DNA of 10,417 bases from Sulfurimonadaceae bacterium (GCA_041562555.1 JBFEXS010000078.1:1-10417), one strand, 5' to 3'; counted from the stretch's first letter, positions 1 to 8,820 are shown. Made by a program: numbers and translations. The notes: a model not told the origin generated them from the letters alone.

Positions 1-511
1 AACCGATATAGTGTGCACGCTGTTCAGATACGTTCTCATAACGAGGACCGTGTACGATCGCAAGTTCCGGACAAACCTCTGCACAGTATCCACAGAAGAT
101 ACAACGACCCAGGTTGATCGTATACTCAGAGACCTCTTTACGGGAGTTCTCATCAATACGCGTGTCCATACGGATACAGTCAGAGATACAGATCTTTTCA
201 CAAAGACCACAACCGATACAACGCTCTGTACCAGATTCCCAAAGACGCTGCATCTCATGTACTGCACGGTAACGTGGACCGATAGGCAGTTTTTCCGCCG
301 GGTATTGAACAGTGTGGATGTCAAACTTGAACATCTCGCGCAGTACAACCCATAGCCCTACGAAAAGCTCCAGTTTGAACGTACGATCTACAACACGTTT
401 GAATTTACCCCATCCTGTGGTCGGGTAATCTTCAATATCCACCAAATAGTATGATGAACCTTCCGTCACATTTCTATCTTTAAAATTCTCTAAACTTGGT
501 AATTTTCCCAT
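1..511 (-). CDS. nuoI: NADH-quinone oxidoreductase subunit I (3' end beyond window)
   Basis: Not in the ORF track; translated by hand as (M)[15 protein letters not shown]...[17 protein letters not shown]...[18 protein letters not shown]...[24 protein letters not shown]..., open to the edge. Two CxxCxxCxxxC [4Fe-4S] motifs (N6a/N6b) and follows nuoH. Tandem ATGs at 514 and 511; AAGG spacing favours 511. Confidence 0.96.
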   Translation of the reverse strand, partial: MGKLPSLENFKDRNVTEGSSYYLVDIEDYPTTGWGKFKRVVDRTFKLELFVGLWVVLREMFKFDIHTVQYPAEKLPIGPRYRAVHEMQRLWESGTERCIGCGLCEKICISDCIRMDTRIDENSRKEVSEYTINLGRCIFCGYCAEVCPELAIVHGPRYENVSEQRAHYIG

Positions 512-520
512 CATAAACCC

Positions 521-1504
521 TTAAAACATCATCACAAAGCCAGTGATAACAACGTTAATCACTGCCAGTGGCATTAGAATCTTCCAACATAAAGCCATCA
601 ATTGATCCGGTCTTACATCCGGCCACGCAGCACGTGTCCACAGGAAGAAGAAGAAAAAGAAAGATACTTTTCCTAAAAGTGCAAGTGCCCCGCCAATTGA
701 ACCGTCACCGAAACCACCAAAGAAGATGATCGAGATCAAGAACGCATAGAAGAACATATTCGCATACTCACCGATAAAGAATAGACCCCAACGCATACCT
801 GAGTATTCCGTACCGAAACCGTCAATGATCTCGTGATCGTTCGCTACCAGGTGAAATGGTGTACGACCTGTCTCAGCAAAACCTGCGATCAGGAAAAGTA
901 CCATTGCGACCGGTTGATATACTACCATCCAGTAACCATCTGTCTGGAAGTTGTTCAGATCGATCAGTGAGAAAGAACCAACCATCATCAGTGGAGCAAG
1001 CAGTGACAGACCAGTGATCACCTCGTATGAGATAAATACTGCCGCACCACGCGCCGCTGATAGAAGTGAGTATTTATTTGCAGAAGCCATACCACCAAGA
1101 AGTGGACCATACAGACCGACTGCCATTACCGCCAGTACATAAAGAACACCAACATTGATATCTGCGACGATAGGATTGACCGTATAACCACCAATCGTGA
1201 AAGAAGGCATAAATGGGATCGCTGCTGCCGCCATGAACGCAGTCGCTGCCGTGATAACCGGAGCAACTTTGAAGATGCGTGCCACAACATTTGTCGGGAT
1301 GATATCCTCTTTTGTAAACAGTTTGATACCGTCCGCAGCTACTTGCGCAAGACCGTAAGGTCCAACGACCATTGGCCCAAGACGTCTTTGCATAAACGCA
1401 AGTACCTTACGCTCAAAATAGGTCCCCAGACCTGCAAGCGCAGAAAACACAGTTAAAATGACAACGATCTTGATGATCGTCTCAATTATATATGCTGTAT
1501 CCAT
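521..1504 (-). CDS. nuoH: NADH-quinone oxidoreductase subunit H
   Basis: 327-aa polytopic membrane protein with ERKVLAFMQRRLGP, ADGIKLFTKED, ISYE, TEYSG and RPDQLM motifs; lies between nuoG and nuoI. Confidence 0.97.
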   Translation of the reverse strand: MDTAYIIETIIKIVVILTVFSALAGLGTYFERKVLAFMQRRLGPMVVGPYGLAQVAADGIKLFTKEDIIPTNVVARIFKVAPVITAATAFMAAAAIPFMPSFTIGGYTVNPIVADINVGVLYVLAVMAVGLYGPLLGGMASANKYSLLSAARGAAVFISYEVITGLSLLAPLMMVGSFSLIDLNNFQTDGYWMVVYQPVAMVLFLIAGFAETGRTPFHLVANDHEIIDGFGTEYSGMRWGLFFIGEYANMFFYAFLISIIFFGGFGDGSIGGALALLGKVSFFFFFFLWTRAAWPDVRPDQLMALCWKILMPLAVINVVITGFVMMF

Positions 1505-1506
1505 AT

Positions 1507-3993
1507 TTATACCCTTTCAATTGAAGCTGTTGTAAAACGGTAACCGTCAAACAGAGCCTCTGATTTTAGTTTAGAATCAAATGTAGTCAGATATGCGATC
1601 TCACCATCGATAAAGTGGTCATGTGACACTTCGACTTCAAGTTCACCCTTCGCTGTACTGACTTTGACCTTATCCCCTTCAGAGATGCCGTTTGCTTCCA
1701 TATACGCTTTTGACGCATGTAGACCCGGTTTCTCTTTAGACTGGTGTGCTTTAGCAGTAAAGTCTGAGAACTGGCGAACCGGATTCGCAAGATACAGTGC
1801 TTTTTCAATGCTTGCATCGATCATCGGCTCTACGTTCTCATCTGCACCCGTAGCAACCGTGACCTTGTCAAGTACATAACCACGTACTTCCGTACCATCA
1901 TTCTCATAATGGTTTGGAAGGTTATCAAACTTCTCAGCTTTGAAACCTTTCGCTGTTGGAAGTGCTTCAGTATAATCGATTGTCAACTCTGCTTCCATAC
2001 CCAGTGCATTCGCGATATCGTTAAGTACGTATCCGCCATACCCCAGAGCAGCATTTGTCGGGTTGACACGCTTGTTGATCGATGTCAATGTACCCTCTTG
2101 CTGATTCATTGCCGGCATATCTAGGTCACCTTCGCCAAGTGCAGAAAGAACGAAATCTGCCTCTGTGTTGTAACCGATAGCATATGAACCTGCTGCATCA
2201 TCAAGATCACAGATCTGAGAAACACCAAGTGTATTTGCCAAGGCAGGGATCATTACCAATTCGAAATCTGTATACTTCTCGATCAATGCACACAGACGTG
2301 CAAGGTTTTTAGATGCCGGATGCGTATATAGGTCTGGTCCGACCATTAATACGAATGCATCCTTTTTCTTCAGGAATTTGTCCATGTTCTCTTCGAAGTT
2401 TTTCGGTGCGTTCAGGATCTCTAGCAGACGGTTCTCATCAACTTCGACCTCTTTAGAAACAGTCTTAGAAACCATAGTCGACTTTTCGACTTCAACTTCT
2501 TCCTCTTCTCCTGTCTCTTCGTTGACTTTCATCTCTTTGACCATCTCAACGACTTTCTCTTTCACTGTCTCTTCAACAGTGATCGTCTTGATCGTGTGGA
2601 AGCTCGCGATGTACTCTGTGACAGATGCAGGCAGTTTCTCTTTGTCTGCAAACAGGTCAAGCATAAGGTAAAGAGCCGCTTCTTCTTGAAGTGGTGCATG
2701 GTTGATGGACATAACCGATTTACCCATCTGATCGATCACCGGGTCAACTACAGGATGGAAATAAAGACCTGCACCCTTGTTCATCGTCATTGAGTTGTTG
2801 AAGGCATAACGTGCATTCGGGTTATCCGTTTTTAGTGCCGTACCTACCGAAACAATAAAGTTTGCATCATGTGCCACTTTAAGATCTGCTCCATACAGGG
2901 CAGTTCCTGAGATCTCTGAGTAATTTTCCAGGAAGTCTTGGAACGCTTTTGCTTCAGGGTTTACAAGCTTGTATCCTCTCTGCTCTTTAAGACGTTGAAG
3001 GATATATGCCTCTTCATTCGTGATCGTAGAAGTAAACTTGATCGTATCTGCTTTGCTAAAGGCTTGTACAGTTTTCATGAATGCAGCTTCGTCTTTTTCT
3101 ACGCCTCTGTTTTCATAATCATACCCGTAACGTCCCGCACCACACAGTGATACATAGTTCCACTCATTGATAACGCGGTAGATCTTGTCTTCCGGGTTAT
3201 CGATTGATTCATGCTTCACATCATAATTGATCTGACAACCTGCAGAACAGTGTCCACATGTTGCTGGAACCTGTGTCTGCTCCCATGCATTTGATGTGTA
3301 CATGAAGTCAGTGCTGACAAGTGCACCGACCGGACAAACTGCAGCACACTCACCACATGATGTACAGTCTAGCATATCACCGCCTGCAGTCAGACCGATG
3401 ATAGACTTGTTCAGTTTGTTCCACATCGCATACGCATCTTTAGGCATAGACTCTTTTTGATCTTCTGAGATACCTTCAGCACCACGAGGAACCGTTTTAA
3501 GCGAGTTGTCACCGATCATATCTTTACATACCGTCACACAACGCTCACATACGATACACAGACCTGCGTCATAATGGATGTGACCCCAGTCAAGTACTGG
3601 ACGTGCAACATCAGGTACTGTATATGACTGAGAATCGACACCGATCTCTAAAGTATAGTTCTGAAGCTCACACTCCCCTGACTGATCACATACACCACAC
3701 TGAAGCGGGTGGTTTACATCATATACTTCCATGATCGCACGACGTTCTAACTCGATGTTCTCCGTTGATGTCGTGATCTGCATGCCATCTTTTGCTTTTG
3801 CATTACAAGCATATACTTGTTTACCGTCAGCTTCTACAAGACATATACGACATGCCAATGTAGGGCTACAACGTGTTAAATAACAAATAGCTGGAATAAA
3901 AATATCATTGGCACGAGCGGCGTTGAGTACGAACTCACCCTCTTGTGTCTGAATCTCTTTTCCATCAATATTAATCGTAACTAGTTTACTCAT
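1507..3993 (-). CDS. nuoG: NADH-quinone oxidoreductase subunit G (Campylobacterota type)
   Basis: Motifs in order: [2Fe-2S] (IPAIC...ACRIC...YAC), HPLQCGVCDQSGEC, CIVCERCVTVC, CTSCGECAAVCP, CGHCSAGC-x30-C, then a molybdopterin-oxidoreductase-like C-terminal region. The start is ATG 3993 (GGAGG 6 nt upstream) rather than the TTG at 3996 given in the track. Confidence 0.96.
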   Translation of the reverse strand: MSKLVTINIDGKEIQTQEGEFVLNAARANDIFIPAICYLTRCSPTLACRICLVEADGKQVYACNAKAKDGMQITTSTENIELERRAIMEVYDVNHPLQCGVCDQSGECELQNYTLEIGVDSQSYTVPDVARPVLDWGHIHYDAGLCIVCERCVTVCKDMIGDNSLKTVPRGAEGISEDQKESMPKDAYAMWNKLNKSIIGLTAGGDMLDCTSCGECAAVCPVGALVSTDFMYTSNAWEQTQVPATCGHCSAGCQINYDVKHESIDNPEDKIYRVINEWNYVSLCGAGRYGYDYENRGVEKDEAAFMKTVQAFSKADTIKFTSTITNEEAYILQRLKEQRGYKLVNPEAKAFQDFLENYSEISGTALYGADLKVAHDANFIVSVGTALKTDNPNARYAFNNSMTMNKGAGLYFHPVVDPVIDQMGKSVMSINHAPLQEEAALYLMLDLFADKEKLPASVTEYIASFHTIKTITVEETVKEKVVEMVKEMKVNEETGEEEEVEVEKSTMVSKTVSKEVEVDENRLLEILNAPKNFEENMDKFLKKKDAFVLMVGPDLYTHPASKNLARLCALIEKYTDFELVMIPALANTLGVSQICDLDDAAGSYAIGYNTEADFVLSALGEGDLDMPAMNQQEGTLTSINKRVNPTNAALGYGGYVLNDIANALGMEAELTIDYTEALPTAKGFKAEKFDNLPNHYENDGTEVRGYVLDKVTVATGADENVEPMIDASIEKALYLANPVRQFSDFTAKAHQSKEKPGLHASKAYMEANGISEGDKVKVSTAKGELEVEVSHDHFIDGEIAYLTTFDSKLKSEALFDGYRFTTASIERV

Positions 3994-5458
3994 CAACTTC
4001 CTCCAATTTTACTCGTTTATAACGGTATTCATCATAATTATCTGTACTGTCAAAGACAGGGTTGTAAGCTATCGTTCCTTTAAGGTCTTCAGATACCTTA
4101 AATTTACGTTGATAGGTTTTACCGTCCATTTCAAAACGTACCATAGCTCCAGTTTCGATCTTAGCTGCCATCGCAAACTGCTTTGATCCCAATAGCATCA
4201 GCTCATCTTCTTCATGACCTGCCTGGGATAAAGGATGGTTGCATCGGTAAACGACTGTTCCGTTAAACTCGGAAATGTCATCTACCTCTTCAACACGTTC
4301 ATCCTCGCTCATGACATCCAAATTCGCCAGTTCATATCCTCGCATCGCCTCGGATACTGTACTGTCCATTTCAAGATCATCAAACGCAACAGCTTTGTAC
4401 CCTGACGTAGCAGGAAGCTTAGCCGTATAATCTGTTGTTCTTGTTGCGTGAATGTCCAATGCATTCGCAATGTCGTTTAAGTTATATCCATCAAAAGGAT
4501 TCTCCAGATCAAGTGCGAAAACGCTCTTGTTCAACGAGGTAAAGGTCCCCTTTTGCTGATTCAGTCCCGGCATGTCCAGATCACCGTCTCCCAAAAAGGA
4601 GAGCGTGTAATCCGCTTTGACGTTATAGCCGATCGTCTTGCCTTCTATCGCCTCATCCAGATCACATATGAGCGCAACACCCAAAGTGTTAGCCTCAGAT
4701 GGGATCATGACAAGTTCGACATCACTGTATTTAGAGATCATGCCAAGTATCTTGGCAATGTTTTGCGATCGCGGATGATTGAACAGATCCGATCCGACTA
4801 CCAAAACACTTGTCTCAAGTTCAGCAAGCTTTTGAGCCATATCCTCAAACTCTTCCTCACCGACACTGCTCTCACCACAGATATAACCGACATCCAAATC
4901 ATCAAAGAAAGATTGGTTTCTAGCCTTTCCTTCTTCATTGACAAACAGGTCAGCCAACATAGCGACCAGACCCTCTTCACTTCCTACTTCATATTTGATA
5001 TGCTCTGTCACAATATCATGAAGTGATTCGTCCTCAAGGGGATGCATATAGGCAATATATGCCTCTTTCTCACTGCTCGCAATCTCAAGTGCCTTTGCAA
5101 GCCTCGGATTATCGGCCTTGACCGATGAACCAAGAACAATGACACCATCACATGTCTCAACCTTGTTCAGGTTACCACCATAAAGGTGTTTCCCGCCGAC
5201 ACTTCCAAAGGCCTTTAAAAAGTCCTGGAACCTTTTGGCTTCTTTGTTTATCAGCTTATACCCGTACTTTTCTTTCAAGGTCTGAAGAATCATTGCTTCT
5301 TCATTCGTTATCACCGAATTAAAGATGATACTTTTTGCCTCTTTAAAGACGTCTAGTGTCTTTGCAAAGGCAGCTTCATCTTTTTTCGCACGGTTTTCAT
5401 AATCATAAATAACCTGTCCTGCTTCACATAACGATTCTAAGGCATGGACATTATTCAT
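3986..5458 (-). CDS. Fe-S-less paralog of the NuoG C-terminal region in the nuoF position (probable long NuoY/Cj1574c/HP1265-type accessory subunit)
   Basis: Intact 490-aa ORF, colinear with the adjacent NuoG from SLCxAG onward (YDYENR, KDEAAF, ITNEEA, FQDFL, ELVMIP, ANTLGV, GDLDMP, LNDIANAL). No CxxC cluster motifs and no NuoF FMN/NADH motifs. Its stop overlaps the nuoG start (ATGAGTAA). Confidence 0.85.
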   Translation of the reverse strand: MNNVHALESLCEAGQVIYDYENRAKKDEAAFAKTLDVFKEAKSIIFNSVITNEEAMILQTLKEKYGYKLINKEAKRFQDFLKAFGSVGGKHLYGGNLNKVETCDGVIVLGSSVKADNPRLAKALEIASSEKEAYIAYMHPLEDESLHDIVTEHIKYEVGSEEGLVAMLADLFVNEEGKARNQSFFDDLDVGYICGESSVGEEEFEDMAQKLAELETSVLVVGSDLFNHPRSQNIAKILGMISKYSDVELVMIPSEANTLGVALICDLDEAIEGKTIGYNVKADYTLSFLGDGDLDMPGLNQQKGTFTSLNKSVFALDLENPFDGYNLNDIANALDIHATRTTDYTAKLPATSGYKAVAFDDLEMDSTVSEAMRGYELANLDVMSEDERVEEVDDISEFNGTVVYRCNHPLSQAGHEEDELMLLGSKQFAMAAKIETGAMVRFEMDGKTYQRKFKVSEDLKGTIAYNPVFDSTDNYDEYRYKRVKLEEVDE

Positions 5459-5469
5459 AATTTTCTCGC

Positions 5470-5694
5470 CTATTTCTTAACTACTATTGTCCAGTCGACT
5501 TCGTTAAACTTCAATGAGTTTAAAAGCTCACAACCACACTCTTTCATCATGTCAGCAGAACGTTGTACACCAGAGAAGTCACCGATCTCGAACAAGAAGA
5601 TGATAACCTCACCTGCAGTGATCTCGTTTGTGACGATCTCTCTCATACGTCCGTCAAAGTCTGCTTTCAGATGTCTTAAATCATAACGTTTCAT
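5470..5694 (-). CDS. nuoX: Small Campylobacterota complex I subunit in the nuoE position (NuoX / Cj1575c / HP1264 'chain E' family)
   Basis: 74 aa, MKRYDLRH...GEVIIFLFEIGDFS...ELLNSLKFNEVDWTIVVKK, matching the family as I recall it. TAATG overlap with the nuoD stop. No NuoE [2Fe-2S] motif. Confidence 0.88.
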   Translation of the reverse strand: MKRYDLRHLKADFDGRMREIVTNEITAGEVIIFLFEIGDFSGVQRSADMMKECGCELLNSLKFNEVDWTIVVKK

Positions 5695-6932
5695 TATCTA
5701 TCCACCTCACCAAATACGATATTTGTAGTACCAATGATAGATACAACATCCGGGATCATTGAACCTGGAAGTAGATCCGTTAAAATACCCGTATGCCAGA
5801 AAGACGGTGCACGCATTTTTAAACGGTACGGATATGGACCACCTTGAGAGTTGATGTAGAAACCAAGCTCCCCTTTTGGTGATTCAGTTGGAACATATAC
5901 CTCACCAACCGGAGGGCGCATACCCTGCGTAACAAGTACAAAGTGCTGCATCAACGAGTAGTTCTGCGTCATGATATCCAGCTTAGGTGCTGAGATATAC
6001 TGCGGTGCATGTGCCATCAACTCAGTCTGATTATTCTCTTGTGTCTCTTTATACATGTTGATCGTTTGATAAAGGATCTTTGCAGACTCACGCATCTCAG
6101 CCATATACAGCTTATAACGCGCGTAGTTGTCACCTTTGTCAGAAACCGGGACATCAAAATCCACTTCGTCGTATAGCTCATACGGCTCTTCTTTACGAAT
6201 ATCCCACTCAACGCCGGAAGCACGTAGCATAACGCCTGAACAACCCCATGAATGTGCCATCTCTGTTGAGATAACCCCTACGTTTTCCATACGCATCTTC
6301 CAGATACGGTTGCTATCAAGTAGATCTTCATAATCTTTAAGATCTTGTGGGAACTTATCCAAGAACGCTTTCAAGTCATGGATAAAGTTATCCGGGATAT
6401 CCAATGGAACACCACCGATACGTACAGCTGAGTGTGTTAAACGTGCCCCACAGTAATCTTCGATAATATCCATAAGGTATTCACGCTCACGGAAAGCATA
6501 CAGGAACACTGTCATAGCACCGATATCAAGCGCTGTTGTCGCCAACCAGAAAAGGTGAGACATCAAACGGTTGATCTCAAGAAGCATCATACGGATAACT
6601 TTTGCACGACGTGGCACTTCAAGTCCGATAAGCTTTTCAACTGCAAGTGCGAACCCGTAGTTGTTTGAGCTTGATGCGATATAGTCCATACGGTCCGTAG
6701 TCGGTAGGAACTCGTTGTAGATCATGTTCTCTGCCATCTTCTCCATACCACGGTGAAGATAACCGACATCCGGATGTGCTTTAACGATTTGCTCTTGTTG
6801 CAGGTGCAGTATCAGACGTAACTGACCGTGAGCAGACGGGTGCTGAGGACCGAAGTTGACAACCATCTCGTTGTCTTTGCGGTCAAAGCTGATATTTTCA
6901 AAAAATGGTCTTAATCTATTTGGCTGTTGCAT
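5694..6932 (-). CDS. nuoD: NADH-quinone oxidoreductase subunit D
   Basis: 412 aa with [48 protein letters not shown] and terminal GEVDR. Confidence 0.98.
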   Translation of the reverse strand: MQQPNRLRPFFENISFDRKDNEMVVNFGPQHPSAHGQLRLILHLQQEQIVKAHPDVGYLHRGMEKMAENMIYNEFLPTTDRMDYIASSSNNYGFALAVEKLIGLEVPRRAKVIRMMLLEINRLMSHLFWLATTALDIGAMTVFLYAFREREYLMDIIEDYCGARLTHSAVRIGGVPLDIPDNFIHDLKAFLDKFPQDLKDYEDLLDSNRIWKMRMENVGVISTEMAHSWGCSGVMLRASGVEWDIRKEEPYELYDEVDFDVPVSDKGDNYARYKLYMAEMRESAKILYQTINMYKETQENNQTELMAHAPQYISAPKLDIMTQNYSLMQHFVLVTQGMRPPVGEVYVPTESPKGELGFYINSQGGPYPYRLKMRAPSFWHTGILTDLLPGSMIPDVVSIIGTTNIVFGEVDR

Positions 6933-6939
6933 ATCAATC

Positions 6940-7746
6940 CTAACGCTTACGATCTGTAATAGTTACAGCTTCGTCTTCAATGAATTTAGAAAGGGCAAAT
7001 ACACCACCCTCTTCTTGATACCCCAGTGGAGTCTCTGGTTGATCTTCTTTAAACTCAGCACCGCGAGGAACTTCATGACCAAGACGTCCGAAACGCTCTG
7101 TATCATAACGATCAACAACTGCTGGATCACGGTTTTCAGGCCCGATGATATCGCGCGCTTCTTTCCCATAGATCTTGTCAACTTCATACCATGAAGCTGC
7201 TTCATCACCCTGTAAAGGATAGGTCTTAAGAAGTGGATGTCCAACCCAGTCATCCGGCATTAGGATACGTTTCATATATGGGTGATTATTCACCTTCACA
7301 CCGAACATATCATACATCTCACGCTCTGCCCAGTCAGCTGAACGATAGAGTGGGTTAAGAGATTCGACTGCTTGCTCTTTATCAATGAAACATTTCACAC
7401 GAACACGTTTACGTTTGCTCATTGAAAGGAATTGGTAGAAGACTTCGAATTGACCTTGTTTAGCCAACCAGTCGATTGCCGAACACTCTGAAAGCTGGTT
7501 ATAGTCACAATTTTCTTTAAGCGCTTTAGCAACTGTAAAGTTGTCTTCAGGGTTGATGATAACGACAAGCTGACCCACTTGGATATACGCTTCTTTAACC
7601 TCTGCAACTGCTTTGATCGCCTCAAGGTCAGCTGCAAAAACGTCATCTGTTTCTACCTCGAATTTCGCGACTTGAGGTGCAACCCAATAACGGTCTGTAT
7701 AGTACGGTTTTTTCTGTACATTATCTTTTGGTACATATCTTCTCAT
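6940..7746 (-). CDS. nuoC: NADH-quinone oxidoreductase subunit C
   Basis: 268 aa with [13 protein letters not shown] and [24 protein letters not shown] overlap with the nuoB stop. Confidence 0.96.
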   Translation of the reverse strand: MRRYVPKDNVQKKPYYTDRYWVAPQVAKFEVETDDVFAADLEAIKAVAEVKEAYIQVGQLVVIINPEDNFTVAKALKENCDYNQLSECSAIDWLAKQGQFEVFYQFLSMSKRKRVRVKCFIDKEQAVESLNPLYRSADWAEREMYDMFGVKVNNHPYMKRILMPDDWVGHPLLKTYPLQGDEAASWYEVDKIYGKEARDIIGPENRDPAVVDRYDTERFGRLGHEVPRGAEFKEDQPETPLGYQEEGGVFALSKFIEDEAVTITDRKR

Positions 7747-8255
7747 TACACCAACCTCTTTTGACGTTGTGACTTACCTGCTTTTTCCGAACGGATCTTC
7801 TTTTGAAGCATCATAACGGCATATTGAAGTGTCTCAGGACGAGGTGCACACCCCGGAAGATAAAGATCGACAGGAATAATACGGTCAACCCCCTGAACTG
7901 TTGCATAGGTATTGAACATACCACCAGTGTTTGCACATGAACCCATTGAGATAACCCAACGAGGCTCCGGCATCTGATCATAAAGACGCTTGATGAACTC
8001 AGCGTGCTTCTTTGTCAATGTCCCTGCAACGATCATAAGGTCAGACTGACGAGGAGATGCACGGAAGATTGTACCAAAACGGTCAAAGTCATAACGTGAT
8101 GCACCGGAAGCCATCATCTCAATACCACAACAAGCAAGACCATAAGTCATCGCCCATAGTGAGTTTGAATGCCCCCAGTTGATAATTTTATCTACAGAGG
8201 TCAATGCTACCGGCAAACCTCCGTCTTGTGTATAATTTACTTGATGCTGTGCCAT
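7746..8255 (-). CDS. nuoB: NADH-quinone oxidoreductase subunit B
   Basis: 169 aa with N2 ligands in [19 protein letters not shown] and PGCAPRPE, plus [17 protein letters not shown]. Confidence 0.98.
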   Translation of the reverse strand: MAQHQVNYTQDGGLPVALTSVDKIINWGHSNSLWAMTYGLACCGIEMMASGASRYDFDRFGTIFRASPRQSDLMIVAGTLTKKHAEFIKRLYDQMPEPRWVISMGSCANTGGMFNTYATVQGVDRIIPVDLYLPGCAPRPETLQYAVMMLQKKIRSEKAGKSQRQKRLV

Positions 8256-8626
8256 TCAAGCGCTCCTTTTTTCCATGCATATATAAAACCAATTGCAAGT
8301 AATAAGATAAATAACATCATCTCTACAAATCCAAACCAACCAAGCAGTGTAAAATCAATTGCCCATGGAAACATGAAAACAACCTCTACATCAAATAGAA
8401 GGAATAGCAAGGCGAAAAGATAAAACTGTGTTGAGATACGGTTAGGCTGCTTAGTTACCTCAGGACCACACTCATAGATAGAAAGTTTGATCTTCTCAGA
8501 TGTCTTTGCTGCAAGCTTGTGACTTACCCAACGTGCAGCAATTGTTGTTGCATAAAATGCCCCAAACGTCAGCACAAATAGTAAAAATACCCCAAAGTAT
8601 GGGTGATCTACAGGAATATGTTCCAT
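8237..8626 (-). CDS. nuoA: NADH-quinone oxidoreductase subunit A
   Basis: 129 aa, three hydrophobic segments, [16 protein letters not shown] and [18 protein letters not shown]; overlaps nuoB by 19 nt. Confidence 0.97.
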   Translation of the reverse strand: MEHIPVDHPYFGVFLLFVLTFGAFYATTIAARWVSHKLAAKTSEKIKLSIYECGPEVTKQPNRISTQFYLFALLFLLFDVEVVFMFPWAIDFTLLGWFGFVEMMLFILLLAIGFIYAWKKGALEWHSIK

Positions 8627-8663
8627 AAATACCTTTCTTAATCTATACAGTTAACTCCCTAAA

Positions 8664-8687
8664 GAAAGCCCTTATTAAGGGTATTTC
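8664..8687 (-). promoter_or_regulatory. Inverted repeat/hairpin in the putative nuoA leader
   Basis: The minus strand reads GAAATACCCTTAATAAGGGCTTTC, with core CCCTTA-N-TAAGGG at 8669-8681. Confidence 0.35.
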
Positions 8688-8720
8688 CCGTTTTTCTGCA
8701 TAAATAGACATAATGGCGAC

Positions 8721-8743
8721 ATACTATCGTAATAAGGATTAAA
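8721..8743 (-). promoter_or_regulatory. Putative sigma70 promoter of the nuo operon
   Basis: The minus strand reads TTTAATCCTTATTACGATAGTAT: a GnTAnnnT-type -10 box (TAGTAT, 8721-8726) with upstream TTTAA and T-tracts, as in Campylobacterota RpoD promoters. It lies just downstream of the terminator-like hairpin. Confidence 0.4.
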
Positions 8744-8757
8744 GAGAATTGATATTG

Positions 8758-8801
8758 AAAAGGGAAAAAGCCCCCTGTAACCTATGGAAACACGAGGCTT
8801 T
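8758..8801 (-). terminator. Putative intrinsic terminator of the AAA ATPase gene
   Basis: The minus strand reads AAAGCCTCGTGT-TTCCATAGGTT-ACAGGGGGCTTT, an imperfect stem-loop running into TTCCCTTTT, about 35 nt after the stop. Confidence 0.55.
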
Positions 8802-8820
8802 CAGAGCATTATTTGACTTA

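Noticed and set aside
11..355. 114-aa plus-strand ORF
   Set aside because: Antisense shadow of nuoI, which occupies the minus strand with clear Fe-S motifs.
641..672. Purine-rich GAA-like tract, possible microsatellite
   Set aside because: It encodes the poly-Phe transmembrane segment of NuoH with mixed codons.
4553..5026. 157-aa plus-strand ORF, and the other short plus-strand or alternate-frame ORFs in the track
   Set aside because: They lie within or across well-supported genes and show no recognisable motifs.
3986..5458. Calling the 490-aa gene nuoF, a molybdoenzyme, or a nuoG pseudogene
   Set aside because: It has no FMN/NADH-binding or N3 motifs and no Fe-S motif or evident catalytic site. 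The ORF is intact, substantially diverged and coupled to nuoG.
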